Virus record (IMG/VR): IMGVR_UViG_3300007764_000002
Location: 1-39,400 of that record
Length of the DNA stretch: 39,400 bases
Reading direction: 5' to 3' (one strand)
Source: a virus
Taxonomy: Duplodnaviria; Caudoviricetes
Positions 34,399 to 39,400 of this stretch are shown here, one piece after another (position 1 is the first letter of the stretch; each line of letters opens with the position of its first letter). Below the pieces are notes generated by a model. It was given only the letters and a program-made list of their open reading frames with translations, searched no databases and was not told where the DNA came from. Both the position numbers and the translations under genes were made by a program.

Positions 34399-36249
34399 TT
34401 ATCCTCCTGTAGCTTTGTTCATCCTCTGATCTTCATTTGCCCCAGTTTGTTGTTGCTGCCGTTCACGCTTGGCAGCACTGGGATTACCCATAACTTGACC
34501 GGGTTGTCCGTTTTGCATCATACTCATAGGAACGCCCTGCGAGCCTTGCGGTCCCGGTGCCCGCATCATCATCATTGCCATCTTCATCTGAAATTCTGGA
34601 TCGTCGAAAACCTCATCCATCCAATCAATACCACGATCTTTTGCCATCTTCAATATGAAGACTTTAACATTAAACGGTATGCCCATCAGCATCATGCTCT
34701 GAGCCGCTTGAACTGCGGCGGGTAGAATCTTAACAGCAAAATCCATTGCTTCTATGAATCGACTCTGGCCGTCTTTTCTCCCCATTGATTCAGGTTCAAT
34801 CTTAAAATTGTAGTCAAGAAATTCACCCTTGCGAGCTTCAGGAGTCAGGTACACTTGTCGTTTAACTATCTGCGGGGATTGTGTAACCATTGGACCCATC
34901 GGCGTCTGTTGATACTGAGCAGGGATAGATATACGCTGAATCAGGGGAAGATTGATAAATGGATCAGTGTGTAAGAACCATGCTCGCTTTCTTGCCTCCT
35001 TCGTCGCGGCATCATACACAGAATCCTTCATATCCTCAAGATACACAGAGGCATTTGAAGCAAGAATCCTCGCTTCAGTAGCTGAACTGGCATCGGTTCG
35101 TTGGCCCGCCAAAGCTTCCGGGTTTGCCGAGATCATATTAAACCAGTTATTCAATTGTTGAAGATGACTTTCATTAGACATCTGTTGCCCGCCTAGACTC
35201 AGCACTTTAGCACCGTCAACATCATCCACGGCTACCGTATCGCCATCTTCTGCATTCAGAATAGATTGAGCGTCGTCAACGGCGGCCCTGCGATACGTTA
35301 GAATGTCTTTTTGTCTTTCTGCCTGAGTAATAATTTTCTTCGCCATTCGGTTTGCTAACACATGGAGATCATTCCACACCCCAACCATTGGAACGGGTAG
35401 CGGATTACTCGACACCGGCGGAGTCAGTCCCAGTATGGTATACGGTCCAGTCTTCGGGCCATAATAATCATCGACTCGTAAATAATCGTCAAACATAACA
35501 TCCTTATCGCCGGGAACCGTGACGACAGCATTCGCATCAGGCACCCACAGTTCTACCACGCTTACCTGTTCTTGCAAATGGTCATCCGCACTGCTGGAAC
35601 GAATCCGATTACGAGACAGATCACGTACTTTTTTCTTCTGAGCCTGTTCGTCTACAGACGGAAGCCGCTCCACTAAGGCGTTATTGTACAAGCCACTTTC
35701 TAAAAGCTTGATGCGGGGAACTTCAATTCGATCTCCGATATACGCGGAGTCCTTAAACAACCACTCTTTGGAACCCGGATCAGCGACAAAGTTATCGAAA
35801 TCGACGGGCATCGTGTATATAGTACCGGGGTCAATCTGGTTGTAGTCGTCAATTGCATAAATGGTGTCGCTTGCTGCCAATCCCGTCTTCATAATCCCAA
35901 GAGTAAAAATCGCATCGACAATCACTTGACGATAAACATTCTTAATATCAATCTGTTTATCGTGGTGTTCAAGAGCCAACTCCAATAGCTCGGCATAATC
36001 ATCGTAGGCAATATAATTACTCTTGACACTGTGATGGGGAAAGCTCATCACAATGTTAGGGACAAGCACACGAATCGCATTAAAGATTAGATTAAGGGCT
36101 TCAGTACCAATCTCTCCCTGAGACTTGTCATAATATTGACCAACATAGTTCCGTATAAACATCATGCGAGCGTTACGGAAGTTGCTGAGTCTATCAAATC
36201 CACGCTGTACAGATAGTTGGAGTTTTCGTGGGCTAACTTCAGCAGGCAT
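34399..36249 (-). CDS. Portal protein
   Basis: About 616 aa directly after TerL; NLIFNAI, FVADP, SATEA motif, Q/M-rich tail; start moved to ATG 36249. Confidence 0.85.
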   Translation of the reverse strand: MPAEVSPRKLQLSVQRGFDRLSNFRNARMMFIRNYVGQYYDKSQGEIGTEALNLIFNAIRVLVPNIVMSFPHHSVKSNYIAYDDYAELLELALEHHDKQIDIKNVYRQVIVDAIFTLGIMKTGLAASDTIYAIDDYNQIDPGTIYTMPVDFDNFVADPGSKEWLFKDSAYIGDRIEVPRIKLLESGLYNNALVERLPSVDEQAQKKKVRDLSRNRIRSSSADDHLQEQVSVVELWVPDANAVVTVPGDKDVMFDDYLRVDDYYGPKTGPYTILGLTPPVSSNPLPVPMVGVWNDLHVLANRMAKKIITQAERQKDILTYRRAAVDDAQSILNAEDGDTVAVDDVDGAKVLSLGGQQMSNESHLQQLNNWFNMISANPEALAGQRTDASSATEARILASNASVYLEDMKDSVYDAATKEARKRAWFLHTDPFINLPLIQRISIPAQYQQTPMGPMVTQSPQIVKRQVYLTPEARKGEFLDYNFKIEPESMGRKDGQSRFIEAMDFAVKILPAAVQAAQSMMLMGIPFNVKVFILKMAKDRGIDWMDEVFDDPEFQMKMAMMMMRAPGPQGSQGVPMSMMQNGQPGQVMGNPSAAKRERQQQQTGANEDQRMNKATGG

Positions 36250-36260
36250 TATTATCCCTT

Positions 36261-38177
36261 TCATGCGTGTGTAAAATCGAAACGATCTTGTGACTGTCGT
36301 TGCTTCTGCTTCTTCTTCCATTGCTGCATTCGATACCCAACACTTCTCACAGGAGCTTTGACTTTTTCTTGCACGGGTCTTATACTTTCATTGTGAGGAA
36401 CAAGGCATAGCATATCAGCGATCACCCTATCGCCATGAGCCTTCCGTGTATTGGCTGATTCTTCTACCAGATCAGCGGGTCCGATCCCTCCGCCCGCGTA
36501 ACTTATGTATGTCAAGGCTTCATCCAGTGCAGCCTCATCGTGATTGATGAACCCGCCATGTGCATAAGCCCGGCGTAGTAACCCGAGAGCCGCAGCCTTC
36601 TTCTCCGGGGATGATCTCCAACCGTACCGCTTACCTTTTTTCTCTGCGATGGTTCCGGGCATTCGATCAAAGTAGATGTTCGGGTATTTGTAAACTTTAG
36701 TTACTTGTCTGCCGAAATCAAAACCCGGGTCGCCATTGTTTTCCCAAATGAGCAACGGACGAGAACGCCCGCCGACCCATAAGCACGCGGCACAGGCGAT
36801 TCTAGCCAGTTCATAGGGTGGCGTATTCGCATCGGCAAACGCGGCAACTTTCTCTCGCGTCTCATCGCACATAATATTTATTGTACTGTTAGACGCCCCC
36901 ATGCCCTTAGAAATATCTATGGCCACGGTATAGTGGTAGTGCTGATCCAGTCTGCCCCGAACAAGCTTCGTCCAGAACTTCCACGGACCGCGAGGGGAGC
37001 GTGCAACTTTTTTGAGGTCCCGCTTTGTAATGATATCAGGGATATCTGCGTCGGGCACCTTCTTTAAGAAATTTATGGCCATCGTAAACTTGGGAGGTCG
37101 TGCGAATAGCGTACGATGCTCTTCAATGATCGTCCCTTCAAAAAAAGTATCGCCCGATCCAACATGGTCCATGTCGATCTCTATCGCTACCTCTTTTGGA
37201 GATCGAGTATCCCACTCGTTGTCATACCACGGGGAACGAATCTTGAATCGGCCTAAATCATCCTCTTTAACATAGCGACCACGCCCTTTTTCCGGGTGCT
37301 CCCACCACGGAAGAATAAACACGGGAATCTGTCCCGAGAGCCTCCACTTAGAGTACGCAGTTCCCGGGCCGTTTGGTGTTGAGCACGGAAGTCTACAGGC
37401 GGTGACGTCACGGGTTGATCTCTTGATCGACTCACCCTCCGCCATTTTAGCCATCTCATCAAGGAATATTGAAGTACGCCGGTCAGAACTACCAGCAGAT
37501 GCGTTCGCTGATTCACCGTCGACCCTCGTTCTATTCTGAAGATTAACTAGGTGAAGCTTTTTTCGATTCATTGGAGGAAGCATCCACTCAGGGAGTCTGT
37601 TCAACATGAAGTCGATTTTACCGAATAAGGTGCCGGGGTCAGCGAGTGAACCAAACGGGTAATTTTTTGGCAGACCATCCAGCATGTCTACCGCGTCTTC
37701 TTTTCTTGAGATGATAAGGTGAGACTCAGACTCTTTAAATATGAAACGGTGGACAAAGACCGCCATGTGATTCCACGTCGCACCCATGTCACGGCTTTTA
37801 TCAGTCAATAAATCCTCACCCTTGTCGATAGCCCTTTCTATTCTAAGGACATGTCTCTCTCCGATTTCCCATGTAACAAATGGGACATCTGCAAACGTAG
37901 CTTGCTTGACTTTACCACTCTCTGCGTCGGGTTGAAAGACTCGTAGAGTGTAAAGAAACGCATTCATAAAAAACAACAAGGATTGTGACGCGGCAGTAAA
38001 GAGATCGACTTGGAGTTCCGTATCCTCTTCAGCATCCTTTAGTATAGCCGCCCGCCACTGTAGGTTCTCTACCGGCGTCTTCGGAACAATCAGCCCCGTT
38101 ACAGGGTCTTTCCAGAACTTACGTACTCGTGGAAAGTTGCTGGAAAGGGAAGGTTTTTTAGCAAACTCATTGGGCAC
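36261..38177 (-). CDS. terL: Terminase large subunit
   Basis: Walker A variant KSRDMGATW, Walker B IFLDE, STPNG coupling motif, nuclease IDISKG.G, WENN, HGDRVIA. Confidence 0.92.
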   Translation of the reverse strand: MPNEFAKKPSLSSNFPRVRKFWKDPVTGLIVPKTPVENLQWRAAILKDAEEDTELQVDLFTAASQSLLFFMNAFLYTLRVFQPDAESGKVKQATFADVPFVTWEIGERHVLRIERAIDKGEDLLTDKSRDMGATWNHMAVFVHRFIFKESESHLIISRKEDAVDMLDGLPKNYPFGSLADPGTLFGKIDFMLNRLPEWMLPPMNRKKLHLVNLQNRTRVDGESANASAGSSDRRTSIFLDEMAKMAEGESIKRSTRDVTACRLPCSTPNGPGTAYSKWRLSGQIPVFILPWWEHPEKGRGRYVKEDDLGRFKIRSPWYDNEWDTRSPKEVAIEIDMDHVGSGDTFFEGTIIEEHRTLFARPPKFTMAINFLKKVPDADIPDIITKRDLKKVARSPRGPWKFWTKLVRGRLDQHYHYTVAIDISKGMGASNSTINIMCDETREKVAAFADANTPPYELARIACAACLWVGGRSRPLLIWENNGDPGFDFGRQVTKVYKYPNIYFDRMPGTIAEKKGKRYGWRSSPEKKAAALGLLRRAYAHGGFINHDEAALDEALTYISYAGGGIGPADLVEESANTRKAHGDRVIADMLCLVPHNESIRPVQEKVKAPVRSVGYRMQQWKKKQKQRQSQDRFDFTHA

Positions 38178-38571
38178 TGTTCTTCCTCTTATATGTCGGC
38201 GGACCGCTCGAACTCTTACCTATGACACTGGTAGCTCTGTCGTTTAAACGTCGCTTCGACATCTCGCTCACTCTTTCCGCAGCCGTCATCCCTCCGGCTT
38301 CCTCAGTAATTGACTGCGGAACTCGACCCTCCATGCGGTCATAGACTAGCTGAATTGCCCACGACGCAGGCTCATGGGGAATTTCAGTCTCGTTGCCCTC
38401 GTCGTCCATCTTCTTTTCGACGTACCCGAGGGCTTTATCCCACAGAAGTCTTGCCAGTGCCTCGCCTTTAGTGATGACTGCACCATCCTCTACTGAGATG
38501 GTATGAGCTTCAGCCGCTAGTTCACGGAGAAACTTTGTTACTTCTTTCGTGTTGTAAGATTTCTTTGCCAT
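38167..38571 (-). CDS. terS: Terminase small subunit (putative)
   Basis: Directly upstream of TerL; KAL.G...AIQLVYDRMEGRVPQ (DUF5681-like pattern); TAATG coupling. Confidence 0.65.
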   Translation of the reverse strand: MAKKSYNTKEVTKFLRELAAEAHTISVEDGAVITKGEALARLLWDKALGYVEKKMDDEGNETEIPHEPASWAIQLVYDRMEGRVPQSITEEAGGMTAAERVSEMSKRRLNDRATSVIGKSSSGPPTYKRKNSAQ

Positions 38572-38981
38572 TATTGTCCGTAGTCTGTTGCCTTCCATGA
38601 TTCCTTGACATAGTCATTCGATTTACCAGTACGAATGAATCCGCGAATAACAGCATCCACCGCCCCGTTCGGAGCCTGTGCATACACCAAGTAGCCGAGA
38701 TCGCCAGAATGCGGAGGAATAAGCTCTTGTACAATACCACCATTAGCGGCCACTGTGCCACGCACAATGTACTCTCCAGCCCCTTCTGTACCATCTGCTC
38801 CGATAAAGAGAAACGTGTCACCGCCAGCCGCAGAAATAAGTTCCACTGAGTGAATGACCAGATACTCATTGTCCTTCAGTGTGTACGCAGTCAAAGAGCC
38901 GTCTTCATATAACGGAATGACTACGCCGCCCGACGCATCAGCAGAATGCAATTCCCCTCTAAAAGGTCGTCCTTCGTACAT
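38571..38981 (-). CDS. Small beta-rich protein, probably virion-associated
   Basis: 136 aa, TAATG coupling on both sides. Confidence 0.65.
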   Translation of the reverse strand: MYEGRPFRGELHSADASGGVVIPLYEDGSLTAYTLKDNEYLVIHSVELISAAGGDTFLFIGADGTEGAGEYIVRGTVAANGGIVQELIPPHSGDLGYLVYAQAPNGAVDAVIRGFIRTGKSNDYVKESWKATDYGQ

Positions 38982-39265
38982 TATTTACCCTTTCGTTTAA
39001 ACAATTTTGGAATCCCGAATTTTAGTTTGCTTAACAACGACTTCTTAACCCCGGTCTCCTGCTTCAGTTTTATAACTATAGGACTTGGTTGAATATCCGA
39101 CCATGCCCCGCTATCAAAGTAGATTTTCGTTGCTACAGGTTCTAGCTTTACTTTTAACGTAGCCGATGGCGGAGTAGTTGTAGATGAATATTTTGAATCG
39201 TTAATCGGATGCACACCCGATCCAGCAAACTCTCCTGTCGTCTTATTATACACATAGTAGATCAC
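38981..39265 (-). CDS. Tail-fibre-assembly-like protein (tentative)
   Basis: YVYNKTTGEFAGS...STTTPP...YFDSGAW resembles the N-terminus of Tfa-type chaperones; AAGGAG RBS. Confidence 0.5.
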   Translation of the reverse strand: MIYYVYNKTTGEFAGSGVHPINDSKYSSTTTPPSATLKVKLEPVATKIYFDSGAWSDIQPSPIVIKLKQETGVKKSLLSKLKFGIPKLFKRKGK

Positions 39266-39276
39266 ACATAATCTCC

Positions 39277-39400
39277 TTACATCACATTCCAGTGGGCCGA
39301 CTGAGTAACCTTGACATCAAAGTCCTTAACAAAGGTTCCATTATAATACATGATATGAACGGCGTCCATATTCCCCCCATGAGGGCAGCCGTACATCTTC
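39277..39400 (-). CDS. 3' end of a gene entering the window (possibly a tail fibre)
   Basis: Open frame ...KMYGCPHGGNMDAVHIMYYNGTFVKDFDVKVTQSAHWNVM*, stop overlaps the next RBS. Confidence 0.45.
   Translation of the reverse strand, partial: KMYGCPHGGNMDAVHIMYYNGTFVKDFDVKVTQSAHWNVM

Larger units (their letters stand above)
386..39002. repeat. Dispersed palindrome GTTTAAAC (consensus YGTTTAAACR), 18 copies
   Basis: Manual count, start positions: 386, 1467, 3875, 5405, 7208, 8942, 10408, 13240, 17356, 17880, 18713, 19489, 25525, 28305, 29229, 33592, 38242, 38995. Confidence 0.9.

Noticed and set aside
386-39002. GTTTAAAC copies as a CRISPR array or tandem repeat
   Set aside because: Irregular kb-scale spacing, only 8-10 bp conserved, most copies inside genes
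1-39400. tRNA, rRNA, introns, inteins, IS elements, DGR
   Set aside because: Intergenic gaps are short and explained; no cloverleaf, intein ends, transposase, RT or TR/VR pair was recognised by eye

Overview
The whole window is phage DNA: most of a ~40-45 kb podovirus-like (short-tailed, P22/T7-type virion module) genome of an unidentified bacterial host, in two convergent arms. The + arm (1-~18000) carries small early genes behind a family of sigma70-type promoters, then a family-A DNA polymerase, RuvC-like resolvase, PD-(D/E)XK exonuclease, Sak4-like ATPase, GroES, SSB-like protein, primase-SF3 helicase, a DUF5664-DUF4406 fusion, a T5 A1-like metallophosphoesterase and small membrane proteins. 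The - arm (39400-17951) carries terminase, portal, scaffold, major capsid, adaptor, nozzle, a short fibre and three ejection proteins. I saw no integrase, RNA polymerase, tRNA, CRISPR or recognisable endolysin. Two signals stand out. (1) The 1635-aa ejection protein carries an apparently intact GGDEF diguanylate-cyclase domain plus a ParB/Srx-like domain, suggesting a virion-delivered second-messenger enzyme. (2) The palindrome GTTTAAAC (mostly YGTTTAAACR) occurs 18 times where under 1 is expected, often at promoter/RBS positions, while GCGC appears entirely absent. All family calls are motif recognition by eye and counts are manual; no searches were run.
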